From positions 28,272,001 to 28,336,000 of the forward strand of contig NC_135250.1 of assembly GCF_964204865.1 (NCBI RefSeq): DNA of 64,000 bases, read 5' to 3'. Each line of letters begins with the position of its first letter. The first letter of the stretch is position 1. Below are positions 1 through 13,126 of this stretch, in pieces. A program made the translations under genes and the position numbers. Source of the stretch: Styela clava (taxonomy: Eukaryota). The notes below the pieces were generated by a model that did no database searches, was not told the origin of the DNA, and saw only the letters and a list, made by a program, of their open reading frames with translations.

Positions 1-142
1 AAACGATTCATAGGTTGAAATTTTTTAAGGATAAGAATGTAAGACATTTGTCGCTTTGTCATAATCACATTAGCCTAGTATAAGTTTGGTTTTTGCTAAC
101 ACTCATTTGCTAATACAAACAGAGAAAGGTGAATCCATAACC

Positions 143-579
143 CAGGGGTCGGCAACCTGTTGTCGCTCGCAGGCCAAAATTAAAGGTTGCAAGTCATTGG
201 CGGGCCGCACATATTTTTAGAAAGTTGAAAACCGAACGGATGATCGATGAATCACATTTTTTCACACAGATCAGTGGTTAAATTTTAAGCAGCGCCCAAA
301 GACTGAGCATTTGAATATTTTTTTGCGCCATTAAACCATTTGCACTTAGCATCAACTTTTCGGCGTTTTGTTGCCATTTGTCTAAATTATAATTAAATTA
401 TAGGCTCATTAAACGAGTAATTGTGACTTATATACTTGTAACGTTATAATATGATTTAGTCTACACGTAAGTTCTTTTGCGTAAAGAATATAATCGACAA
501 AACAGCCGTTTTGTTACTACAATTCAGTGAAGCGTCGCGGGCCGGATCCAGCCCGCGGGCCGCAGGTTGCTGATCCCTG
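143..579. mobile_element. Non-autonomous hAT (Charlie-like) MITE in an intron of meprin-like A
   Basis: TIRs CAGGGGTCGGCAACCT (143-158) and AGGTTGCTGATCCCTG (564-579); 8-bp TSD CCATAACC/TCATAACC; subterminal GCGGGCC motifs; related pieces at 43546-43645 and about 63355-63633. Confidence 0.85.
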
Positions 580-761
580 TCATAACCGAATCAAACCTAA
601 CATTTACATGTGGGACAATACCACCTTACATGGACGAATACCACCTGAAACATATACCAACATTACGTCGTACGATAGACCCAAAACCAAACATTTTTCC
701 TTTGAAAATCCCCAACAAAAATTGTCAGTTTTCTCAATTACAATCAAATTTCGAAACATAC

Positions 762-3700
762 TACAGCTTGAAATGCATATCCCGGAGTTCCAGTATACAT
801 GGTGTCACTAATAATGGCCTCGTTGACCCCATAAGTGTTAGCTTTCTCTGTGTAGTCGTTGACAGTAAAATAGGCAGTGTCACATTCTCTGTCTTGAACG
901 CTCACGTCATCAATGGCTATGACGTCACTCGGATATCCTCCTGTAAAATACATGTTTATTTTAGTCATAGATTATTTCATGAGACGATATCATATATTAC
1001 CAAAAAACAAGGCCTGTACTGTAACACTTGTACGGCTTACAGCATAGGTTCTCAGAGTGCTCAGAAGTGCTCTCAACGTGCAAAGTAAGAAAAACCTAGT
1101 GGGGCGAGCTATTTGTTTACTTATTGAAATACTGTCTTGGCTAATTTTGTAACTGACCAAAGAATCAACAACGGCATTGATAAAATTAGATAATGGTATA
1201 GTATCAAAATGTGACAACAAAGCGGTAATTCAAATATGGCATTATCTATAAGTTCCAGTAGATAACGCCATACTTCAATTTCTGCCATGTTGCCACATAA
1301 TCCGACACAACTTTAGTGATATGTTAGTCAAATGGCAAAATTTTCGCTTTAATATAATTTATCTGTAAAATTTAGATTTCTTTCTAGCTTGTATTAAATG
1401 AAAAGCAACGAATACATCAGAGTTATTGAATAAAGTATTTTCATTTACTCAGCAATACTAATCGGTAAGCAACAATGTTTTATTTTTTATTTTCATAAAT
1501 TTATTTTGGGGCTCCGTAAATAATAGTCAATCTGTTCACGGCCTCCATAACACCAAAAGTTTGAGAACCCTTAGCCCAGTGTACATAATTTAACCCTGGG
1601 CTAGGTAGCGTTTTTAAACGAACCTTTGATCACTCTACCATGGCGTGATCAATTAAGTAGTAAATGCTGAGCCGGAAAGATTAATGTTTATCTAAAATTG
1701 AATTGGGTGCTTGTACTTGTGAAACGAAATGTATATAAGAACGTGGTAAAAAATATTCTTTATTGGTCTGCTAAATTCTTCACTGCTGATCTCCTTTCCT
1801 AACCGCGTTGAGAGTTGATATACGTCTTGTATAAACGTATCAAGCACCGTTCTTTTAAATGTTTCCTTATCAGTTGCTGATTACAATTTGAAATTTTTTT
1901 AAATTTTTGCTTGAGTTATTATGAGGCCGTAATTTAAAGATTGCGGATTTGCACGCATTTATTCTCATTACCTCAGATAGGTTGCTAGGCAATTCCGAGT
2001 GAGAAGATACTGTTTCTTCAAAACTCAAAGGGCTGTTTGTACATATATCCTACTGCTTGTTATGGGATTGAAAAAAAATGATAAGAAGCATATCACTATC
2101 ATTCTCAAAGCATTACCTGTTTTTGCGTAGAACACAATCCTATAGCTGCTCTGAGCAGATATCGTCATTCTTTGCACATTCCACTCGTCACCGTATTGTC
2201 CTTGAAACGTTTGCAACGGTGAACCGTAAGAAGTAATTTCGCCGGTTACCGGATCCAAAGCAGCGATGTAAACCCTGAAAAAAATTGAAAATTCCAATAC
2301 CACATAAATCGAGCGTTTTACTTGCCATATTTTGCGCTCTTAAACTTGCCCACTTCGAAACCAGTTTTTCTCAATGTGATTTGTGAAATGGGCCTAAAAT
2401 TTTCATTGAGCCTATAGCAGTTGATTACTTACTGAAAAGGAAGTACTACGCCTGAGATTGATCCAAGAGTTGGAAGTTCAAGTCGACAAGTTGATAAATA
2501 GACGTAAGGATTAGTTTGGTCATTGACAATTTTACTGTAGGCTTCTGTTTTTATTTAAACAAGAAAACATTTTTTTATTAAAATAGAGTTTTAGTAGAGG
2601 TTTTTTGGTGTCTTGAATGTTTGTGACACGAAAAATGGGCCACAAGATAATAAATGACAGAAAAACTTATATTCTTTGCAATATTCTTCAAAAAGAAGAA
2701 GAAAGAGCATAACTGACTCAAAAAAGATGAATTTAAGAAGAAACTTTTAAATGGACACGACCCCCTTTTTTGGACACGAAATGAACCTACGAAACGTTTT
2801 ATTATTATAATATTGTATTATTATCATTCTTATTGTCTTCTTGTTGTTAGTAAAAATATACCTTCTATTATTAACTAAAGGGACCAATTGCTTGAAATTT
2901 TCAATGATTAAAGATTGCATTTTAATTTCAATAACTTTTATTTATTTCAAAACTTTCTGTAGACTATGGGATAACTTCTCGAAAATTAATACCGATTATT
3001 TGTAGAGGCTCTTCGACTTCTCTCGTGCTACTTAATTTCTTAATTCGCGAAAGTCGGAAGTTTTATGACGGTAAAGGCCTTGTCGAAGGTAAGGTAGACC
3101 ATTGCTCTACTTGGGGCTTCGCGTCCATATATTTGAGCATCGCACTCTTGAAAGTTCATCATAGTTATTTAAAGTATATTGCTGTTTCAAATGAACATAA
3201 AATTTGTACTCACGTCATAGCAGCTTGGCTAGAAGAACCCACATTCATGTAATACCAGAATTCCAGACACTGATGAGCGACGGTGCTTGTATAACGCATT
3301 GATTTGATTAATCCTGCTTGTCCTGGGAATCTGTTGCCAGTGTCCAAATACATAAAGCTGCCTGTCAAAGTTAATTTACCTTGTTAATCTTGTGCTTATA
3401 TCTGAATGCAAATATGTTCTCATAAATATGTATGGAATATTTCATGGTACTGGACGCGAAGTGTATATATGGATCGTTTTTATGAATTGTCGTTGTTGGG
3501 GTCGTTGTCGCTGTAGTAGTTTGAAACCAGCTTGTGCTATACCACAGTGAAAACAGTCAGTTTAAAATTTTGACAACCGAACCGAATTTATTTTTTTAGT
3601 TTTCTTCAAATTTCATATGAGTTCCAAGGGGATCAAATTTTTATTTCAACTTTTATTCTCTTCAATTTTTTTTATACCTATAGAGCACACTTCAGTGCAT

Positions 3701-6700
3701 ATGACATCAGATCAAATTCTGTTCAGCTTCTTATAACGTTCTATTTTTGTGATATGTGAATTTGAATATATTGACAATTTGTTGTTTAGGGTAATCCTTA
3801 GGCCTATGCCGTCGTATTTATTTGGTATACGCATGAATCGTGAAGTAAAGTTACTTCACCGTGATTTTGTACTTTGTTAAAATAAATACGAATACGAATG
3901 TGAGACTTGATATTACCTTTTATCCCTAACCATGCCGTCTAAATCTAGAGCAAACAATACACATATAGGCCCACGGAATAGTTGAAGTCTTCTATGATTA
4001 AAAGTTGACCCACCTTCTCCTTCTATGCCGAGCGTTGCATCGAATGTGGGCAAATATCGAGTTGTAGCTCCTGAAGTATCCGATGTCGCCAGATCATGTT
4101 TCAACCATTTGGCGTCGCTTTGCAAACCCTGTTGTGAAAATCCGCCAATATTTTGTTCATCGAAGTTCACATGATTGCTGACTCTTAAGGTGTCGCCTAA
4201 ATATAATTGGAAAAATGGGTACCCGTTGTCGCCCAAATAGTGTATGCAAGTTAATAGGTGAACATTGTTTGTATAATTCAATCAATAATTCAATAAGAAA
4301 TATATGATTCAGCTGTGACCAAAGTACTACGCTACTTTCAAGGTATTATAATAATAATAAAAAACCAGAATCAATGTCCACACAAAACTTTCTGTACCAG
4401 TCAAAGACTAAGAAAGCTAATTTTGACGCGGTTTTTGTGCAAGTTGCAAAATGCGATCAAATGTATGCAGTTCTGGTGACAACATTGAAATTTTCATTTT
4501 AATTATTATTCATTGTTTATTTAGAATTGAACATTTTGATAATGAAGTCTCCAGATAAATTTGTTACTCAAATGAAAAAGCCTTTACTCACTGCAGTCAT
4601 ACATTCTGTTAATTTTCGTTATGTCACCAGGACTGAAGGTGCTGCGTTGACCAATGACGTCTTCAAATGTTGGATCTCGCGTTTGAATTGTTGTATTTCC
4701 ATCGATTCTGTAAGTGAGAGTTTGTAAATATTACGATTCTACTAAGAGAGATACTTTTCATTTAAAAAGAAACAAAAGCATAGCTAATAGGCCTTTTACC
4801 GTAACTTGGATTTTAAATTAATAATCAATGATTAATGACGTGACATTGATTTAGTATGTTACATGCAAGATGCATATGTTCATTTCTAATTCTTGAAATT
4901 AATATGAAAAGCGTGTCATGATAACAGTAAGAGGACAAAGCTCAAATATGAAAGTGGCAGACCAAAAGTCGCGCACCGATAACAGTAGGCCTTGGCAAAG
5001 CAATGACTTTGCGAAATATAAGGGCGAATAAGAATGGCATAATAGTGTTGCCATATTCATAGAAAAGTTCTACCGTGAATTAAAAAAAAACGTTGGTCAA
5101 AATTTCGGCATTCTGAACATCGAAAAGAGATTAGTCGCAACATAAAGCTAATTAAAAAAAAAAAAAGTTCAACGCATAAAGTTTTGGCAAGCTATCAGAA
5201 TTGCCGTTCTATGTGATTGTATTGTAGATCGCAATTTTCTCTACTTGTCTTGTGTATTCTAAACTTTTATTATACCATGAAATATTCAAAATAAATTATT
5301 TATTTAATTACTCACGTGAATGCGGTCTTGCTGTAGTGCATGACGGAGTTAAAATCGTAAGGCACTCTTCTGTCATCTGTTTCATTGAACGGGTAGTTAT
5401 TGAAGTTGTGTTCACGACCTAGATTGAAACAAGAGTTTGGTCAATTATTTGAGTATAAAAAAGAATCAATATCAATCAAGATCATTTCTTTAATTTACGG
5501 AGTATATCTGGCGGGTTTCTGTGGCGGAGTGCCTACATCTTGTTTTACGTTTCTCGTTTTATATTAGATTAATATGCAACCAAGTAGCCAAAAAACGTGA
5601 CACGAGGAATAGACAGTTCATCACAATGTAGCCACAAAATATATTTTGGATGGCGCGCAGAAAATCCGAAAATGTCAGACGTGTACCGTATATCCGAATA
5701 TTGGCCATGCTTACTCCGAGACTTTATGCTCCCCAGTTTTTCGTTCATAGTGAGGATGGAGTATTAGATATTTTGCTATTGACAATGAAACTGTTTGTAA
5801 ATCATAAAATGTTTTAAATATTTGACTGACCGCCTGCACTTGTATATACGCCACTATCTGGATATTTGAACACAATTATATTTTGATAACTAGCAAAATG
5901 TAGGAAATAGTGCATGGGAGCCGTGAAAATGTATTACCATCATTTAGGAAGAAAAAAGTGGTGGTTAGGTTTGAATTTTACTGAATATTACCTTCCCCAA
6001 CATAGTCCCATACGATTTCAACATAATCATCTCTATCTGCCCTCGATTGCTCGTGCCATATTCCTAGTGCATGCATAATCTCGTGCTCAATCGTAGCCAT
6101 CTTTTCACATCCTCGTCCGATAGAAATGTTCTGAGATCCTCCATTCATTCCGACGTAGGACCAACATCTATATCACAAAATGAAAAATAATCAATGTAAT
6201 AATACAAATAATAAATATTTTACAAGTGGTGTCACGCAACATGGAGAGAGTAGAAGGCGAGGGAGTATAAGTAGGTGACGAAGAAAACTATTTTTAGCAT
6301 ATAACAACAATCACGCCAACAATAGCAACAACAACAGTTTAGCTAAGCAATACGTGTCCCGAAGCATAACTTCAACACTCAATTAATGAGATTAGGTCCA
6401 CGCTTCTCAAACAAATAAGCGGATAACTATTCCCATATTCGACCTAGACTGCTAACCGGACGAGAGACCGTAAGAAGTCCCATCACTTTCTTCTCCCCAA
6501 GATAAATATTAAAATTCCTATTCCATTACCCTGATAATGTTGTAAATTGAATGAAGTTTTCCTCGTCGGTTCTTTCAGGCAATGACAAACATGTTCGCAG
6601 TTCATATTCTCTCCTGGTTTCGTCGATCGCTGCTTTTGCCTGTAAAACACAAGAAATATATGTGAATATTGAATATTACAAATAAAATGTAGAAAAAAGT

Positions 6701-9637
6701 GAGCGGCCGTCTATCAATATAACGATTATATATAATAAAATAAAGAGGTGAGGAAATAGAAATCCTGGTACTGGCAACAGTATGTAATTCATTTTTATAT
6801 GAATGACGCGTATCTGTGTTGACCAGGTTTATTATGATGGGTTCCCAGGAGGCCTCGGAACGAGTTTCCGGAGTTCACAAAAAAGATCCATTTGTACCAT
6901 TCGGAATGACTACATTCATTTGAAGTTGATTGACTGCAATTAGTTCAATTTACTTACTACACTGAATTTATTTTTTTGGTTTCGATCGTTGGCTTATCAT
7001 TTTTAAAATATTTATATATTTTTTATGGAAAAGTAAGGGGCCATAAATGTTAATTGTTTCAAGTTTGGAGAGGGAGAACACGGATCATGAAATTTTGAGA
7101 AGCACATGAAAATAAACTTTTGAAGCTTATCACTTTCTTCGTGGAATTCAGTGCAAGTACTTATAACTACCATGAATCATACGTTATTTTACAGTTCGTT
7201 TAAATGCAATCAAAATTTCGTAACTTCCATGCAAACAAAAGATACGAGTCGCAATCTGTTTGCATGACCTCGCTTTGGGTGGCTGTAAACAAGCGCTTAC
7301 GCATGAACAAAACAAATAATCTGTATGTCATGTCAGTTGTGCGTGCCACTGTTGTTACTTATGTCAACTTTAGAAAAAATACTAAATTTTCACCAATACC
7401 GATCGGTTTCTACTCAGTATAGGGGAGACCTGAGACAGACTCAAGTCACAAATTATCAAAGTCTTGAAGTCACTCGAGTCATCTACATATAATTACTCAA
7501 AATAGTACTAAACTAACCGCCAATGAGATTTACCTAATTAATAACTTGATTTACCTCATTGATGACTTCAGACAGATGGCATTTATTTCGATTTTTAATT
7601 TCTAATTTCTCTGACGTATTGTTACATTGTTTTATATTGAAATAAAAATGTATGTTAAAAACGTATATTTCCAACATAAAGCAACATGTAACGAGTATCG
7701 GAAACACTTAAATGCGTTAGAACTAAACAAGGTCTAAACAGTCGTGAGAATCAGGTGGTAGGGAACCCGTTATTTGAAGTGTCGTGATAATAAGCTAACT
7801 TGTAATTGTTTTTGTTTTAAACCTTGGACGACTGCAGAAAATGGGTTAATTGCATCACAGCTGACGGATATTGTTATATTTGGCAATTTGGGAGAAAAAT
7901 GCATTAGATTTAAGTAAAGAACGTCATATTACTTTATATTAAGCAGCGACATACATATATTTTCTGAAATGATGGAATCCTCGATGATGAATAAGATACA
8001 AAAGAAAACCTTTACTTATACAATTCTGAATCACACCATTGATTACGAGTCCCTAATCTAGAAGTTATCTACTCGTATAACTGAATGTATACCTTGCTTA
8101 TATAGTAAAGTTCTGCATAAGAAAACATACCAATAAACTAATGGTGCCATCGTATATAACTGGTATTTCTTTCGGCCACAGATATTCTTCGTATGTTGGA
8201 CTCAACAATGTATTACGTTGTTTCAGTTGCATGATATCGCCTTCTTGTAAGCTAAGATCTGAAATAAAAAATTGAAGTTTATATATAATAAATTATGTGA
8301 ATTCTTTTTTAGAAAATGGGAATTAACATTGTATTTTATTGGGAACAGATGATGATTGTAAATTTTCCCAATTTTTTTCATAAAGTTTTAGTCAATATTC
8401 AAATAAAATAGCAAAAGTTGAAACTAGGTGATAGATTGAAATTTCCATTGAAACAGTCGAAAAAAATGCTTTTTGTAATTTGCACTAGAACTTAAAATGC
8501 TTTTCTGACCGTGTTGACATGTACTGTTAAAATTTATGTTACGAGATCAAATTAAATAAGATTAAATCATGATTCTCATTAATAGAATGTTTTTTTAACA
8601 AGAAAATTGAATACAAAAAGATAACGCGCTCTCTCTGAAAAGCAAATAAGGTACGGACTAGCGAGTTCATATAATCAGATAATCAATAATGTATTGAATT
8701 TCATATAATTGACAGGGTATGTCGACTGAAAACCTTTTTAAAGGGACAATTTTAAAACATTTTGTCAATGTAAAAGATTCAATGCAGTCAATTCGAACAC
8801 ATTGTTTCCCACTTTAAGGATGTGTTTTAATTCAATATCGCCTATCAGTGAATTTGCTCTGGCAATTGAAATGATCATAAAACAATTCCAAAGAAATCCG
8901 TTTACTGATATAATTCTATAAAGACATAAACATGCCACTATTATTTTTTACCTTTGTTTATGTCTGTTATTTCAGCTTGTTCATCGAGATAAAAAGCCTT
9001 CGGTTCTGTTGAAGTGTCTTTGCGCACTGTAATATAAGAGAGTGATATTATATAAAGGGAAACTTTCATATCTCCTATTATGGGCTTTCATTTTTTATTT
9101 GGTCAACGCGTCATCTGCAAGTTCATTGGCTTATTTTATCATTTAATATAATATACTATGAACCTTACATGTTTTTCTCACTCGCGCAATAGGACCTTTT
9201 TGGTCGAGGCCCATCAAGCCGGCTCTTGGAATTCCCGCCTGTAGAAAAAATAAAAAATAAAAAAATATTAAAAAACTCCAAAATTAAAAAACAAAGTAAT
9301 CTAGAAACTTGTTTGGACCTTCAATTAAAAATACAATAAGAGTTTGAAATAAAACAACAAGTTAAAGTAATTTTAGTTTTATTGCTAGCTTTCTAACCCA
9401 TCTTGAGTAATTTTATTTTATTTTCACTATCTTTGACAGCATGTGTTATTTGTTTTCATAAACCTTACGACTAATTATTACATTTTGAACAAAACTGTTT
9501 TTAGATATAACAAGACTCAGTAAGTAGAAGTACGTACATGAGAATTATTTTTTTTATTTGCAAGAAATCATAATAAAGCGACCTACCTGAGATAAAGCCA
9601 GCATCGCTGCTAAATAGGTGAATATTCTGACATCCAT
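762..9637 (-). CDS. Meprin-like astacin metalloprotease, copy A (3' part lies outside the window)
   Basis: Exons (minus strand, 5' to 3'): 9637-9587, 9238-9169, 9026-8952, 8258-8131, 6639-6530, 6167-5992, 5418-5316, 4707-4592, 4196-4014, 3361-3214, 2274-2117, 940-762. All introns GT-AG, frame continuous for 499 aa. Signal [18 protein letters not shown]; pro-region LQEGDI; activation site R|NTLL; zinc motif [19 protein letters not shown]; Met-turn SVMHY; MAM domain (FMYLDT...QCLEF...IAIDDV); start of MATH (GYAFQ). Confidence 0.93.
6380..6500. repeat. Fragment of a dispersed repeat, possibly SINE-like
   Basis: Motif GCTAACCGGACGAGAGACCGT resembles GGTAACCGCACGAGATGCCGT at about 16504-16525 and the reverse-complement copy at about 18843-18867. 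Boundaries and class are uncertain. Confidence 0.4.
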
Positions 9638-10228
9638 TCTGTCAGAAATATCCCGGGTGTTTATGTAAGCTAATTTTTTTCGGAAAATAATTTTTTTTTC
9701 TAGAACCAAATACAAATATTAGATTTGTTGAACAACAATGTTCGGAAAAAGGCTGAACAAAGTAATACACCTGGTACATATTACACACGAGCTGAATGTT
9801 CAGAGAAAAATCGGGTATCATGTGAAAAAAATACTTGTTTCTTTCTATTTTCCAACTAGAAAGTTTAGATGAAAACTGATCTTTAAAACCCACTGACAAT
9901 TGTGGAGAAACTGGAAAATTTGCAAAATAAGAAATAATATATTTGAGTGAATATTCCATGTTAACTGTTTATTTCGAATGATAGAGTAATCAGGTAATTT
10001 AAAAAGCCTGCCTGTTTTCAGGTATCCATGTGTTGACTAGTATGAAAATCTCAGTCCAAACCCCTACTGTGATGACTTGAAGTCATGATATCACCAGCTA
10101 GTATTCAACAAAGCTAGTGTAACTCATGTGTATATGGTGGTTATAAGAAAATATCCATCTATGATTGCGTGCAGTCAATATTACTTCCTAATTTCACCTA
10201 TCCTTAGTTTTGCAACTATATTTCTGAA

Positions 10229-10733
10229 CAGTGGCGTAGCAAGACTCTCGTGGGCCTCCTCGCAAAATTATTTCATGGAAACGACCCTAAAAACCCTCGG
10301 ACATAAGCTAAAACAACGCTCTTTTATTTCGTCAAAAAGCATAACATGTCGCTATAAAAAGGCAATGGTAACATAAAATTTTCCGTTTATCTTGGTTACT
10401 TTAGTTTTTTTCATACGTGCTTCTTCTTCAGTCCTTTTTTTGCGTTTCTGTGCGCCACTGAGAGGTTTTGCTTTCGACATCATTCTGACAGCCTTCGTAA
10501 TTTTGCCGGTGCGATCAAAGCACAAGACATCCAAAATCCACGACTCCCTGGCATTGTTACGTAACAAAACGATTTGAACAGAACTAACATCAACGTTAGA
10601 TGTTCATTACTGGTTTTGCAATGCAACTTTTGATTTTGCGACTTACATTTCTAAATTCTAACCGCTTGGGCCCCTTTGCGCTGTGGGCCCTCCCGCGACC
10701 GCGGGGGTTGCGGGGGTGTATGCTACGCCACTG
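10229..10733 (-). mobile_element. Internally deleted hAT (Tip100-like) element
   Basis: Perfect 13-bp TIR CAGTGGCGTAGCA/TGCTACGCCACTG and perfect 8-bp TSD TTTCTGAA (10221-10228, 10734-10741). The minus strand encodes MSKAKPLSGAQKRKKRTEEE, resembling the basic N-terminus of Tip100/ZMYM1-type hAT transposases. Confidence 0.9.
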
Positions 10734-13126
10734 TTTCTGAAGATAAAAATCAACAAAACCATAAACTAAATTTATTGAAATCATTTCATTTCCTACCGTT
10801 TTACTTATCTAGGTAACTCATCATACTTCGAATTGAAACGACCGTTGTTGTTCTTTAATTTGAATAATTTTAGGGACTGCACTACGCACCACTACCGAAA
10901 TTAAGAGATCACGACTATCTGAAATTACTTTCGAGAACGGTCAATCTGATTTATACCAAATCAGAAATAGAAACTAAGATAAGCTCCGCTAACACAAGAG
11001 TCTCAACTTATAGTTACAGGTAAAACCTCAAATTGCGATTGTTTCCTAATCGAGAGAAATACAAATATTCAGCTATGAGATCAAGCAAACCAATACATAA
11101 ATTTTAATACAGAAGTTTTGTCTATAAGTGGTCCTCTCTCAGAAAGAACTTAAAATTCTTTCAGAGTCGATCAAGCATGTATGCATAAAAAAATCTTATA
11201 TTAATATATGTTGTGTTATCATGATCTTATTCAAATACGGTCTATTATACACTGATATTTGGTGCCCCATGTATAATCAAAGATTGTTAAGTCAAAAACC
11301 ACGAGACTGTCATAGAAGACTCCGCTTTTGTTTATCAACTGATTAACTTAATATATTACAAAACAAATATTTGTAGAGTATGGTATGTGCTGACAAAGAT
11401 CAGCTTGATGAACATTTACAACACAAATATATCCAATTTGAAATTGTTGTAGAAGAGATTTTACTAACATACCATGAAATAGAACCAAGCGCTTCAATTT
11501 CTTTCTTAGTTGCACCTTTAGTCCTAATAAAGCTTGGTTTTGTTAATATAGAAACATTAAATGCTATTAAAATAGTACAACATGAAATTTGTGGCTACCT
11601 CAAACATGACTGTATTACTCAGTATTACTGTATTATTAAGTAAAGCAACTTAGGTTTTTCACTAATTTGCAATTTGCATTGTATTACACATTTATCACAT
11701 GTTCTAGTTTAATAATTTTTTATGTATTCGACCGTGCGTGTATTCTTTATTTTTCGTGTGCATAGGTGTTGTTGGGTGATAGTTATCAAAAGTATTTTCA
11801 TTGAAAGCCCAAGATATTTTTAACAACCCAGTTAACCTTGAACAGCATTCTAAAACTTACAATTTAATTTAAAAAAAATTTGAAATTTTTTCACATTCAC
11901 GAGTTTTTATCTAAATCTCGAAAGAATAACCAGGAGCCAGGAGGATATATATACCGGACAATATAAGTTCGAGTAAAAGCTTGGACCTTCACGATGCAGA
12001 ACATTGGTTAAATAATCGTTGTTTACTTTGTTAACACGACCACAACACTGTTTAGAGAACCGCAAATTTACCATATTTTCGACGAAATCAAGTTCTAAAG
12101 CGGACAAATGTCTAACCTTACTATATTATTAACGAGCTTATACATCCCAACAAAACTAAAAGTTAAATCTTGAAAATCAATTTTAATGCTAATTATAGTG
12201 TTAATGTTAAATTCCTAACAGTATGATTATTGGAACATTGATGAAGTCGCAAATCAATTTTGATAGCATTTTTAATAAAAGTTTGCCCTATACAAGTATA
12301 TTGTTTTATTGAAAAATGATTAATTGCTCCAACAACTGTTTGTGGACATTACGCATGCAATTTTTAAAGCTGGTCGAAGTCTACATCGTAAAATAATGCG
12401 CTGATAACATTTAAAACCTTGTTCATTGCGATACAGGCTAATACGTGGTTAATTCACTTTGTTCTACGTTATGCTATATCCATATGCGGCTTCGTTCAGG
12501 AGAATTTAGAAACATGAGAAATTCAAGAGTTTATAGAAAGAGAATTGCATAAGTTATTTATTTTATCATTTGTGAAATAACAATTGATTTTAAATAGTTT
12601 AGGAAAACTTCGATCTCGAATATAAGCATACGTTTTGATTTTATATTATCTGTAAAAATAAGAAATATTTAACTTAGGAAAACGTTATAAGAAGAGTTTA
12701 GATATTCATAAATCCATGGATTAGAGTTTCATTTCGTTCCTATAGGTAATAAATAACCTATAGCAAAGAGAATTTGCAGTCCATCTCGAAATTTGTTCTA
12801 GATTTCTAACATACCGTACTTTTTGGAGTGCCTTCTCCAACTTTTTGAAGAGTAGGGCGTTGTGGTTGAGAGCTAACGACTCGAACTTAATGCAAACTTA
12901 TGAAAAAAATGAAATATTTTGTTTTGTGTTAAGGTATATAACATTTTCAGAGCTACTCTTTTTCACGTTTGATTTTAACCCTTACATATTCGAATAGCAG
13001 TATACTTTATATTTAGCAAGGTCACTTACGTAAAGATATTTTTTTGTAGCATAAACCATTTAAAAAAAAATTAATTTGTTTTGTGTCAGATAATAAAGCT
13101 AATTTCTACTGCCATTCACCTTCGTG

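Noticed and set aside
527-1088. Plus-strand ORFs of 94 and 173 aa
   Set aside because: Antisense to meprin A exon 12 and starting inside a MITE end; no recognisable protein features.
10352-10567. Basic 71-aa ORF with an NLS-like motif as a host gene
   Set aside because: It lies wholly within the TIR/TSD-bounded hAT element and is best read as a truncated transposase start.
11128-11643. ORFs between the two meprins
   Set aside because: No motif, no convincing splice structure and no paralog in the window; chance ORFs or a decayed repeat.
12900-12935. ATGAAAAAAATGAAATATTTTGTTTTGTGT as first exon of meprin B
   Set aside because: In-frame TAA before any donor; 13127-13168 gives a proper signal peptide and a phase-0 GTGAGT donor.
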